Shown here piece after piece: positions 38,661 through 51,224 of a stretch of DNA of 64,000 nt. A program made the position numbers and the translations under genes. The stretch comes from Octopus vulgaris (taxonomy: Eukaryota). Under the pieces are notes generated by a model. The model saw only the letters and a list, made by a program, of their open reading frames with translations, made no database searches and was not told where the DNA came from. Where the stretch lies: assembly GCA_951406725.2 (NCBI GenBank), contig OX597815.1:130572001-130636000 (forward strand), written 5' to 3'. The stretch's first letter is position 1. Each line of letters opens with the position of its first letter.

Positions 38661-40314
38661 GTGTGTATTGTTTAGTTTGGACCCTTGATCTCTGTGTTAA
38701 AGTTGCTTTACATACTGGTTATAGAACTGATTTTTGTGGATAAGTTTGAAATCATGCTGGCCTAGTACATTTAGCTGTTAATAAATATAATGTCTGCAAG
38801 CAGTGCAGGGCTCTTTATTACAACTGATGATTGATATTATATGTACAAAAAAAAATCAGAGGAAAAAAGACAAGAAAAGAACTACAATGTGAGGATCTAG
38901 CATATGCAAAGTATTAATGAAATGCTCAGAGAAGGAAAGAAAGAGTGGTTATTTTATGTTTTGAGTAAAGCTCCTTGGAAACAGGAGACATAGGAAAGTC
39001 CAAAAGAAAAGGAAGAAGGAGGAAAAAAATTGCCAACAGTGTATGTATATATATATAATATAACATGTCTTGAATGACACAACAATCCAGAGTGTAGTAT
39101 ATTAACTGTTATAATTTAATTGATCAATTCCCAGCAATATCTGAAGAAGCAATTTTTAAATTCCCAAATATATCAGACTATGAATAATTAAATTATAAAA
39201 GTTATTATAGTCCACTCTGCATTGTTGTGCCATTCAAGACATGTTATATTTCACAAACAATACACAATGCTTCCAGTGAACTACAATACTCTCCTATATA
39301 TATATATACATACATGCATGCATACATGTACACTCAGCTGTCAATGGGTAACCCTGCAACAGACTTGCCTTCCTGTCGGGAGGAATGTTGGCATTATTCG
39401 GTAGCTGAAACAATGCAAAGCACATTGTGACCAGCGATGTACAACAACATCTGATAGTGATATATGTATATATATATATAATCATCATCATCATCATCCT
39501 TTAACATCCATCTTCCATGGAATGAAGTGTTTGATTGGATTTGATGGATTTCAAAGCGTCCTTTGTGTTCCAGTGTCTTCTTTGTCTTGGTTTCTATGGC
39601 AGGATGCCCTTCCTTACACCAGCCACTTTATAGAGTGTCCTGGGTACTTTTTCTCCCTGGCAGTAGCATAAGTGAGGTTGTCAAGGAACTTGCAAGACTA
39701 AGATTCTCATAGAGAGGGAGTTGGCTATATGCCAGGTGATAAAAGGGTAATGCATGAAAGAAGCAGCTGGTGGGGCTTACTGGAGCATGTTGGTTACTGT
39801 AGAGAAGCTTTATGGCTATTTGTATAATAAAAGAGTGGGTAGGAATAATTGGGATGAAACTGGAAAGGGAGGTAAGAATGATCATGATGAGGTGCCAAAG
39901 TGGCCCCTTAAGATACTAAAAAGAGAAGGGAAGTGAATGGAGACAGAATAGAAAGTGTGGATGGGTGGAGGTTGCATGAAAGAGGAATGATTAGAGATAG
40001 GATAAAGACGAAGGAGAAGATCAAATGAATGAAGAACAAGTGTTTGGGAGGTGGTTGATGATAAAGGTATTGTAGGGATTAGATAGCTTGTATACGTACT
40101 GTTATTGCTATGCACATCTATCCATGTTTTTGTTCTGCCCTTGTGTCCAATGTGCACTATCAGTAAATAATATTTACTGAATAAAGGAGGTTAAGCATTC
40201 TGGTTAGCTCAAAGTTGCCTCCCTTGGTATCTGGTACTGAAGAGAACTCAATAGTTTAGGATTTATCCATTAAGTCCAATAGTGGACTTTTTCTGTCTTC
40301 AGCAAGAATTTATT

Positions 40315-40663
40315 ACGGAGATGTACTTGCATAGCAAGTGACTTGATCTGAGATCATGTACTAAAACAAAAACAATTGCAGTGTGGAAGATGTTTGTAAG
40401 CCATTTAAGAAGACACAAAAACCGTTAGATTCACTTCAACATTTAAATTTTTATTTGTGTCAAAATATTTTCATTGCTTTGGAACCGCGACCTTTTCACT
40501 GACAAAACTTCATGCCGCACGATATTTAGTCATTGAGCAGGTCGTGGTTTCAAAGCAGCGAAAATATTTTGACACAAATAAAATTCAAATGTTGAAGTGA
40601 AACTAATGGTTTTTGTGTATTCTTGAATGCCTTACAAACATCTTCCACGCCGCAATTGCAATT
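40315..40663. mobile_element. Inverted-duplicate non-coding retroelement with variant hammerhead-like motifs; 13-bp TSD
   Basis: TSD GCAAGAATTTATT at 40302-40314 and 40664-40676; inverted arms at 40373-40504 and 40529-40658. Confidence 0.72.
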
Positions 40664-41144
40664 GCAAGAATTTATTGTACATGACAAACTGCAGTAACAA
40701 GTCATAAGAGGTTCAACTATCTCTCAAATGTATTTGAATTCATTTTATGTTTGTGTGTAATTTCTATTTATTCTTATTACTAATTTATTTAAGAAAAACA
40801 AAAAACTTTTGTGTCCATATATGATAATGTGAAAGCACTGCCTGGTGGTCAAGGTGTTGCACTCTTGATCGCTAAATCACGACTTTGATTCCCAGACCAG
40901 GTGGCACATTATGATCTTGAGTAAAATACTCCAATTCATGTTGCTCTGCAATCATTTCAACATCTCAATTGTTGCACACTAGTGCACCTGTGCAGGTGAT
41001 GTTGATTTGCTGGAGGGAATGAACTTATAAACAAATTATCTGTATGGTTGTTGGGCAAAGAAATCATGCAATCCTCATCCATCGTCTAAAGATGGCAGAA
41101 TCCAAAATAATAATTCAGTGGCAACTGCATAACTATATTTACAG

Positions 41145-41228
41145 GTAAACGATTGTGTGCTGGTTTTGAGAATGGAATGATGAAGATTATTGAATTGAAA
41201 GACCAGACAAGTTTGCACTCTTTGAATG
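41145..41228 (+). CDS. AAMP: AAMP-like, exon 6
   Basis: ttacag|GT...AATG|gtaagt; encodes GKRLCAGFENGMMKIIELKDQTSLHSLN. Confidence 0.88.
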
Positions 41229-42134
41229 GTAAGTGACTCTTTGTTGATGTTCTCATAATAGTAGTAGTAGTAGTAGCAGCAGCAGTAGTAATAACAGTAG
41301 TACTAGTAGTAGTAATAGTGAAATGGCTGGGTTGTTACTGTTTTAACCTTGTAGACCAGTGGGTTTAGAGATTAAATCTGCTGAAAGGCTTTACATTGTT
41401 ATATTTCTGAACAGGATACACGATTTTACATTACCTTGATTCACCTGGCTGTTGGTGAATAATAGGAAGACAGTCATAGCTTTTCATGTGAAAACTGCTT
41501 TATGGTAGAAGGGTAAAACTACTGTTCTGTCCAGATGAAGATTTTCTATTCATTTACTTAACAGTACTGAATCTGAAGTTTAACTGCATGTATATGTATA
41601 TATTCTGGTTGTTATAGGATACACTGAGCTGAATTCTGTTCCTTAAACCTGTCTGAAGGCTCTGAAAATATAATGATGATAGGAGTTGCCTTTCTATTAC
41701 TAAGTTAGCCATACCAAAAAAATCTTTTTAAATCTCTCTCCCCTCTACACCTGCTGCAGCATTCATCCTAACTATTGTCATCATCATCATTTATCATCAG
41801 TTTAACATCCACTTTTCCATGCTTGCATGGGTCAGAAGCAGATTTTTTCTATAACTGGATGCTCTTCCTGTCCCCAACATACCTGTTTCCAAGCAAGGTA
41901 ATAATATCACACACACACACACAAGTATTACATGCCTCTTCAGCTTCTTTCTACCCAGTACATTCACAGCATATTGATTAACCCTTTGTTATATTATAGA
42001 ATGTTAGCTAACAACATTACTGCAGTGGGGACTGAACCCCTAATCATATAGTACCAAAGTGAATTTTATAACTGCAACAGCTATACCTGCACCTTGATAA
42101 TTGTCTTAATTAACACGTCTAATTTCCTTTACAG

Positions 42135-42241
42135 TTCATTCTGAATGTATCACCTGTTTAGACTGTCACAGTGACAATAACCTGGTCATCAGTGGTTCTT
42201 CTGATTTAACCTGTCACATTACAAATATCAACAATGGCAAG
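42135..42241 (+). CDS. AAMP: AAMP-like, exon 7
   Basis: ttacag|TT...AAG|gtaagt; encodes VHSECITCLDCHSDNNLVISGSSDLTCHITNINNGK. Confidence 0.9.
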
Positions 42242-43000
42242 GTAAGTTTTGATTTGTTTACAAACTTTAATTCTTGTTTTCTTTTTCTACCTAAAAAAAT
42301 ATATCATAGGCTGAGACATGGCTATGTGGTAAGAAGCTTGCTTCCCAACCACATGGTTCTGGGTTCAAAATCCCACTGTGTGGCACCTTGCACAACTGTC
42401 TTCTATATCCTTGGGCTGACCTAAGCCTTATGAGTGGATTTAGTAGATGGCAACTGAACGAAGCCCGTTATATGTATATATCTATGTGTGTGTGCCCTTG
42501 TGTTTATACAAGGAGCTGAGATACAAAAGAAAAGGGCTGGTATCAGAGCAGGCTTTTGTTGTGGAAGAGGTACATGGCTACTGACATTTAGAGGGGAGAA
42601 TAAGAATGAATTAGTATTAGCTGCAAAGTGATAAATAGTGGTGGAGTATTATCTGAAAGTACAGGGTAAACGTATGTGCATGTGTGTGTGTGTGCATGGG
42701 TGGAGATAAAGATGATGTGTCATAAAAATGCTTGCTGTATTTAGTTTTGTCCCTTTATGCTAAAGACAGTTTGTATTTTGCTCCTTGAAAAATCCAGTAA
42801 AATAAATACCAGACTAAACAGTTGAGTCAGCAGAATTCAATCATTATAAAAAAATCATTAAAGACAGAGTCCCTGTCTGGACACAGTACACTGACTGAAA
42901 CCAATAAAAATTCTGGTAAAAATAAAATGAGGAAAAATAATTTATGTCAACAGATATTTTTGTCTTGAATGCAATGTAATATTGTATTTTTGTTGAACAG

Positions 43001-43083
43001 GTTGTATCTTCTGTGATCTGTGATAACAATTCTCACAATGCCAACATGGATAACTCAGTGGAATCAGTGGCTTTCTCCAAAAC
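43001..43083 (+). CDS. AAMP: AAMP-like, exon 8
   Basis: gaacag|GTT...AAAAC|gtagat (weak donor, but phase 2 fits exon 9); encodes VVSSVICDNNSHNANMDNSVESVAFSK. Confidence 0.8.
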
Positions 43084-44940
43084 GTAGATATCAATCAATT
43101 CTGTTTATTATCTTATGTTTGTCTCATTTTTCTTTATTCACCACTCACATAGTCTCCCTTTACATTTGGTTAATACTGTCTGTTGGTCCTTGGCTGCCTT
43201 TAGCAGCGTCCATTTCTCTTGCAATTATTTGTGCCAGGTTTCTGGTTTAGTGAGAATTTCCTTATTTCCTCCTACCAGTGTTAGAGGTACTGGAAAGCTT
43301 CAAAAGGGTTGCTATTACCTTTTTGACTAAATTGCAAATAAGAAAAAAGAAAAAGAAGAGAGGCAACGTAAATGTAAACTCTGGAGTTTTGTCTCTTGGA
43401 TTAATGATTAATATTTTGAGCCCTAATTAATTAATCCGTGGAATTAAATGTCATGATTATTCCAGTAATGACAAAAAATTAGAATTGGTGTTGTTTGTAT
43501 GTCATTGTTGCCTCAGTGCTTTCTGCTTATGACAATGTTGATCCAAGACATTCATTCTTCTCTGCCTCCAACATATTGTTTCTCATTGGAGTAGATGTGG
43601 CTGGCAAGACCCATATGTGATCAGCAAATCCTGTGGTACTAAAGGCACTGAAAAGGACCCTGAACAATGTCACAGGGGTTTGATGATGACGTTGTTGTCA
43701 ATAAACTTACTGTATCTCAACAAAAAATAATTTCAAACATGACATTCCTTAGTGAAAGATATATTGGTATATAAAACTGCTTTGTGCAGTTAAAAGTAAT
43801 GAAATTTTGAGATGATATATATATCAGCTTTCCACAGTAAAAAGGTTGTGTTTGGAGGAGAAGAGGCTTCACTCAGAACTTTTTTAAGATTTGTTGATTG
43901 ATACTAACACATCAGCTTCAAAACGAATTGGTCTTTTGAAGCATGGAATAAATCACCAGCCCCTGTAATCCATGATTCCTTAAATTCACCAACACTACTC
44001 CTGACGTGTCTGCGCACCTTTTACGACACTTAATGCTCCCTTTTCTTTTTTTTTTTTTTTTTTGGTGTTTTATTCTGTGTACTGTGCATGTATTCCAACC
44101 TTCATAACTGTCTTTCTTTACTTGACTTAAAGTTGGCTTTCTGCCCCCTTTTTTAACACTTCCAGATGCATTGTAGTGCACCTGAACACTGTATACAATA
44201 AGGTTACTAGAACAAGTAGAATGATATATTTTTCAACTTGTAAATAGTGACAGAATATATATATAGGATAAAATCCTTTTTAGAGCAGAAAAGCTTGTCA
44301 GCAACCAGCCCTGCTCTAGAAAGGGTTTTATCCTATATTTTATGCTGTTCTGTCAGTATTTATGCATTGAAAAATATATTTTTCTACTTGTTCTGCAATA
44401 CATTTCAATGCTTCAAAGACAAACTTATGTTTGTTTACATATGATGTAATAAGGTTAGTTTTTCCACGAGGACCTTAAAGCACCTCCCTTGTTGGCAGTT
44501 TTAATTTGTTTAATTATTATTGTTATGCTTTGTTTATAGGTGGAAAATCCATTGTGTCGTCCCATTTTTGTCTTTTATGCCGTTGCATGTCCTTTAATGT
44601 TATTGTTTGTGAGCCCTTGTGGCTAATAAAAGAATAAATTATTACCAAAGACTGCAAACTGGCAGAACCGTTAGCATGCTTAGTGAAATGCTGCTCTGCA
44701 TTTTGTCCAGCTTTATATTCTGAGTTCAAACTTTGTCAAGGTTGACTTTGCTGTTGATCCTTTCAGGGTTGAAATAAGAATAAGTACCACTTAAGAACTG
44801 GCGTTGGTGTATTCGATTTATGCTCACCAACCCAAAAAAAATTTGCTGGCCTTGTGCCAAAATTTGAAACCAATATTTATTTGTCTGCCTTGGCTTGTAA
44901 TGTTGTCTTGTGATAATTCTTTCCATTTTTGGTCTTGTAG

Positions 44941-45031
44941 ACATCCTTGGGCTGCTGTTGGTACACTTGATGGAACCATATACTTGTGGGATGTCCAAGC
45001 TGGAAAATTACGGAATAAATGGCAATTTGAT
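44941..45031 (+). CDS. AAMP: AAMP-like, exon 9
   Basis: ttgtag|A...GAT|gtgagt; encodes THPWAAVGTLDGTIYLWDVQAGKLRNKWQFD. Confidence 0.9.
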
Positions 45032-45988
45032 GTGAGTGTCCATCAATTAATTGTAAATATGTCATCATCATCATCATCATTTAACGTCCATCGTTTGATT
45101 GAGCTGGCAACTCTGGAAGGCTATGTCATGGTTACTTCTGCTGATTATTGTCGCTTTATCTAAACTTCTGCTTCTCTGTCAGTGGTTCGTTTGGACCTTT
45201 GTGTACACCTATTATTTGCATTGCATGGTACTGAGTTTCTGCCAACTCACTATGTATATATATCATCATCATCATCCTCATTTAATATCTGCTTTCCATG
45301 CTGGCATGGGTTGGACAGTTTGACTGAGGGCTGGCAAACCAGAAGGCTGCACCAGGCTCCAATCTGATCTGGCAAGGTTTCTACAGTTGGATGCTCTTCC
45401 TAAAGCCAACCACTCTGAGAGTATAGTGGGTGCTTTTTATGTGCCACCAGCACAGGAGCCAGTCAGGTGGGCCTGGCATTGACTACGCTTGAATGGTGCT
45501 TTTTATGTGCCACCAGCACGGGACCGGTTAAGCAGCACTGGCATCAACCATATTTGTATGGTGCACTTTACGTGCCACTGGCACAGATACTTGTAAGGCG
45601 GTACTGGCATTGGCCACAACAATGATTTCACTTGACTCAACAGGTGTTTTATATATATATATATATATGTGTTATATATATATATATATATGTATTTATA
45701 TATATATATATATAGCGTGGGTTGATGCCAGTGCTGCCTGACTGGCTCCCCGTGCCGGCGACATGTAAAAAGCACCATCTAAACGTGATTGATGCCCGTG
45801 CCCTCCAACTGGTTCTTGTGCTAGTGACACATAAAAAGCACCCACTACACTCTTGGAATAGTTGGCGTTAAGGAAGGGCATCCAACTGTAGAAACCTTGC
45901 CAGATCAGATTGGAGGGTGGTGCAGCCTTCTGGCTTGCCAGTCCCCAGTCAAACTGTTCAACCCATGCCAGCATGGAAAGCAGATGAT

Positions 45989-46019
<31 letters not shown>

Positions 46020-47821
46020 AAAACGTTTTTGGTAGTGAATAGATTTCACTAGTAATAATAATAAGGTTAGTCAGGAGAAATGTAGTACCTTAGTTTATTT
46101 CTATATAGGTACAGAAAGTCTTCAGATTTTTAAGAAAATGAAATGAAAAAAAAAAACAAAATAAAATATTTATGCCAAAACTTTGAAGAATTTGTTTGTG
46201 CTGACAAATTCTTAAATGTAATGATGTAAACATTTTATTTCACTTCATTTCCTTGGAAAATTTGATGACTTTCTGTACCTGTATAAATAAACTAAAACAC
46301 AATTCCTTAATTTCTTATTATTACTTATATATTTACCTTCTTGTACCTTGAGGATATATCCTGACACCTCATGGTGTCAATGTATTTGACTTCCTTTTTT
46401 CTCCAAAATTGCTGGCCTTATGCCAAATATCAGGAAAAAAAAAAATATTATTATTAAGGTGGTGAGCTGGCAGAATCGTTAGCACGCTGGATGAAATGCT
46501 TAGTGGTATTTCACTTGTCACTATGTTCTGAGTTCATTTTCCACCAAGGTTGATTTTGCCTTTCATTCTTTTGGAGTTGATAAAATAAGTACCAGTTGAA
46601 CACTGGACTCAAAGTAATTGACTCATCCCCACCTCACCCAAGCTGCTCTTGTGGCAAAAATTTGATTATTATTATTATTATTAAGGCAGCGAGCTGGCAT
46701 AATTGTTAGCATGCCAGACTAAATGCTTAGTGGTATTTCGCCCGTCGCTCCGTTCTGAGTTCAAATTCCGCCGAAGTTGACTTTGCCTTTCATCCTTTTG
46801 GGGTCAATAAATTAAGTACCAGTGAAACACTGGTGGGGGTCAATGTAATTAACTATCCTGCTTTCTCCAAATTTCAGCCCTTGTACCTTTAGTAGAAAGG
46901 ATTATCATTGTAATAATATTAGGGTGGCAAACTGATAGAATTGTTGGCATGTCCATCAAAATGCTTAGTATTTCTTCCAGCATTTAAATCTAACCAGTTG
47001 AACACTGGGGTCAATGTAATTGACTAAACCACTTCCTTAAAATTACTGGCCTTGTATCATAATTTAAAACCATTATTATCAACACTAGCTGGTCCTGTGC
47101 CTTCAAAAATGATGGCTAATTGTAATATAAATAAGGACAAAATATAGAACATGAATGGTAAATCAAAGTAGTACACTTGTTAATGTTATCTAGTGGTTGT
47201 CTTTTGAGATGCGACATTGATCATCATTAGTTACTGAAAGAATGCTGGTTCACATACTTCCCTTGAACACACACACACAGGTACTCACACAGAGTTGAAA
47301 CGCTGTTTGATTTTCCTTTTCAGTGTTGAATGTTGATCATCCCACTTCTATTGCACACACATACAAACATTCACATACCTCCCTTTTACATACACACACA
47401 TATAGTATAAATCTGCTGTTTTGAATTCTTGCTTTTCACTGTAGAATTTCCATCATCCCACTACTAAGTTTGCCATCACACTTTCCTCCCCTATCACTCC
47501 TTTTTTTCTTATTTCATATTTTGTGATGAAGAAAAACACAAGAGTATTATTATACTATTAGATTATATATTATGCAGTGCCTATTTATTTTCAAATATTA
47601 TATAATAATATTGAGTGTATACTTATGTAACACTAAGAGTGAATCAATCTAACTCCATCAAAGCATCACCATGAACTTATCTTGTTCTGCAATTGTTAAG
47701 CAATTCATAATATAACATTTATTGATTGCAGTCCTGATATTGTATTGATTACGTAGCAAAGTAGTATGTTGCTGTCATATTATCGTTGTAGTTTTTTTTC
47801 ATACAACTATTCTTACTTCAG

Positions 47822-47976
47822 GGATCTTTAGTGAAATTAAAATGGCTAGAGAACAGTCCACAGTTATTCACTGCAGGCCTTGATGGTATCATACGACTCT
47901 GGGATACTAGAGACGGTTTACTGAGTAAACAGTGGCATGGACACAGAGCTGCTATCATGGATTTTGAAATATCAAG
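47822..47976 (+). CDS. AAMP: AAMP-like, exon 10
   Basis: cttcag|GGA...TCAAG|gtaaag; encodes GSLVKLKWLENSPQLFTAGLDGIIRLWDTRDGLLSKQWHGHRAAIMDFEIS. Confidence 0.92.
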
Positions 47977-49099
47977 GTAAAGAAATTTGGTGTTTTTATA
48001 AAACTTTTAAAAAAAATATTATCTATGTAACCTGTTTCATCTATTGTCATTGTTGGTCTCCATCTGTGTAGAAATTTCTTCTTTTTCCTGTTTGTTCCTT
48101 TTCACTTTTGTCTCCCTTCTTATGCTCTCATTATGTCCTAGTCTGGTATTACTAGAGGTCTGGTAGAGCCATATCGTGATGATGTTAGTGATGTTAAACC
48201 TAGCAGCAGATTTATACTGGGGTAACATTAATCTGCATGAAAGGTGGAGCAGAAGTAATCTGAAAGAGTGGTTAAGCATTAAAGCATCATCATTTAATGT
48301 CTGTTTTCAGTGCTGGCCTGGTTTGGACAGTTTGAAAGGAAATGTGATGAATTGAAGGACTGTGTTGAGTTTCATTGGCTACTTTGGTGTGGTTTCTATA
48401 GCTGGAGGCCCTTGAAGAGGAAGTATTGGCCAGGTGGGTTCCTACAACACCAGATATCACAAATGAGTTTATGAAACTTCAACACAAATTGCTACATATA
48501 CTTTGCAGCTAATCCAACCAATTCGTTGCAAAATAACAGCCATCTGGCTAATAGACTGATTTAGAAATACCATGCCAAGTGACATTGTATGGTGTCATGT
48601 AACTGGTGCCCACACTGGTGCCACATAAAAAGCACCCATTACACTCTTGGAGTGGTTAGCATTAGGAAGGGCATCCAGCTGTAGAAACCACACCAAATCA
48701 GATTGGAACCTGGTACAGCTCCCCCTGGCCTGCCAGTTCTGTCAAACCATCCAATCCATGCCAGTATGGAAAACAAATGTTAAATGATGATGATGGTATT
48801 GTTTAGTGTGGATAACCTTTCTACAAGGCACTTTGCCAAATGTCTTCTAAGTAAAATCCTGAGCCAACCAAAACCCTGTGAATAAACATACGTGTGTGTG
48901 TGTCGCTAAGTCTTCAGATTGCATAATAGTTGTAAACAACCTTCCAGTCTTCTGCAAAAATATGTCTGGCCATAGGGGAAATATTACCTTGCCTGGAGAC
49001 TAGTGAAGGTTAGCAACAGGAAGAGCATCTGGTCTAAGAAAATGTGTCTCAGCAGATTCCATCTGATGCATGCAAGCATAAAAGAGTAGATGTTTAAAC

Positions 49100-49379
49100 C
49101 AATGGTTCTCAACCATTTTTGTACCTGTGAATCCCTTTGTTTCCTATTTTGCTCGGATGGACTCCTGTAGCTATTTTGACTCCTATTTTGCTCGGATGGA
49201 TCCTCATAGCTATTTCAATGTTTTAATAACCCTATCATATTTTTATAAGTAAATTTTATTAGGAATTGTATTAAAAAAATATTTGTTGAAATATTTTGTG
49301 TTTTATAGAAGTATAAACAATTTATTGCAGATTACATGGTCCCCGCAAAGGTTATATAGACCCTGGTTGAAAACCACCG
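49100..49379. mobile_element. hAT MITE
   Basis: CAATGGTTCTCAACC...GGTTGAAAACCACCG; TSD GTTTAAAC/ATTTAAAC. Confidence 0.8.
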
Positions 49380-49456
49380 ATTTAAACATTGGTAATTACA
49401 TATGAACTGTGTTTGTAATTAACTGAGATTGTGTATTGTTTTTTCTATTCTTTCAG

Positions 49457-49529
49457 TGATGGCTCCCTAATAGGAAGTGTATCTCAAGACAAAACAGCCA
49501 AGATTTTCTCTATGAATTCTTCCACTTAA
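49457..49529 (+). CDS. AAMP: AAMP-like, exon 11 (terminal coding exon)
   Basis: tttcag|T...TAA; encodes SDGSLIGSVSQDKTAKIFSMNSST*. AATAAA occurs at 49614 and 50110. Confidence 0.9.
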
Positions 49530-51116
49530 AATTCCAACAATGACATTATTTGGTTTGAATAGACATGAAAAAAAAATAACAACCAAACAATTGCAAATAA
49601 GATGCAAAGATTAAATAAATATTTACTTTACAATCACACAGATACCATATACAATGGAGATGTGCATGCTGGGCTTTCACACAACTTCCATCTACCAAAT
49701 TCATTCAAGGCATTTGTTGGCTTAGGGCTATAGTAGAAGACGACATGCCCAAGATGCTGTGTAGTGTGACTGAACCCGAAGCCTTGTGGTTTGCAAAGTG
49801 AACTTCTTAACCACACAGCCATGCCTCCACAAAAAACTCCAATTCAAGCCTAGCTCTAAGATGCCGGTTCAGCAAAACAGCCATTTAGATTCAGGTTTGC
49901 AAAGTAAATAACATCCACAATGGAAAAGAAACAGTTTGTTTCTATTATGTGTTAGCTGTTCTGAATAATTAAACAAATATTAAAGCATAAACACATGCTG
50001 GCAACCTTTGTTCATCATCAAGCAGTGAGTGGCATGAGTGGCTTGTTAAATTTGTATGTGACACATTGACTCTTGAAAGAATGATTAAAAACACATGGAA
50101 AGTTACATGAATAAATTGTATCTTTATTTAAAAACCTTGAAACCTTCAGATGAAGTCTATAAAAAGAAACTTTTACAATGGCTAACAATATTTTTTCTTT
50201 TTTTTTTTTTGTTTACTTGGCTATTACATGTCTAAATCTGTAAGTCTAAGAAGATAGAATTATTGCATATAAATGTGTATCTGTGTGTATCTATGTGTGT
50301 ATATGTAAAATCTATGCATAATGTAGATATCTATGAATAAATTGAAATAACAATCCTTATTGCTTTAAAATTTCTGAGTAACATTTTTATTGCTTGAATC
50401 AAGTCAATATATATGAGAAAAGACATTTGTAATGGATGAAGATAATTTTTTTTCTCCATAAAGTCTAATTTCACTCTTTAATTTTTTTTTTTTGTGCTAA
50501 GAACTTTGAAAAAAAAAGCATATACATATATATATATGTATATAGAGAGAGCGAGCAAGATGGAGTTTTAAATCAAATGCTCATTTCGTTAAAATTTTAA
50601 ACTGACATTCTTCAAGAATCGACCAAATTTAATTTTTCACAAGCTAAATTTAATAACAATGAATGATACCAGGAAAAAAAAAATCTATAGTAACCAAAAA
50701 AAAAAAAAAAATTCCCCAAAAAGGCAACAATGCCCAAAGTTAGTTGAAATATTATATGTCCAATTGTTGAAGTCCATATTTGCTGAGGAGGAGGAGAAAT
50801 ACAAAAGTGAAATCTCTCCTGATAGCATTTGTTGAAAATCTACTTAGATGGGATGACTGAGAAATACACTATTATTAGACAGTGAGCATGGAGTTAAAGC
50901 ACCAAAATATAACAAAACAATTTTATGTTGAAGAAAAATACTAGCATAACAGCCATGGAATTAAACAAAAGGGTTAAAAAAAAAAAAAGAAAAAAAAGGA
51001 GGCAGATAGTATTGCATATTGATCCCCAATAGAAATTACAAAATGTCTTTGAAGCCATTGTTTGACCATTGGATTTCAGAAGAGAGAGAAAGAGACTAAC
51101 AGTAATTAAAAAAAAA

Positions 51117-51224
51117 TTAATTTAGGATTTGCAAATAATTAACAGGAACTTTGCCACGATTGTGGCCTTTCTCAGCCATCACATAATCATCTCCCAAACT
51201 AGGAAGGCTATGAACAGTTATGAG
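51117..51224 (-). CDS. SH3GLB1: Endophilin-B-like (SH3GLB) terminal exon, C-terminal half of SH3 domain
   Basis: cttttcag|CTC...TAA; encodes LITVHSLPSLGDDYVMAEKGHNRGKVPVNYLQILN*, resembling the endophilin B end ERGNQKGKVPITYLELLN*. Confidence 0.88.
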   Translation of the reverse strand, partial: LITVHSLPSLGDDYVMAEKGHNRGKVPVNYLQILN

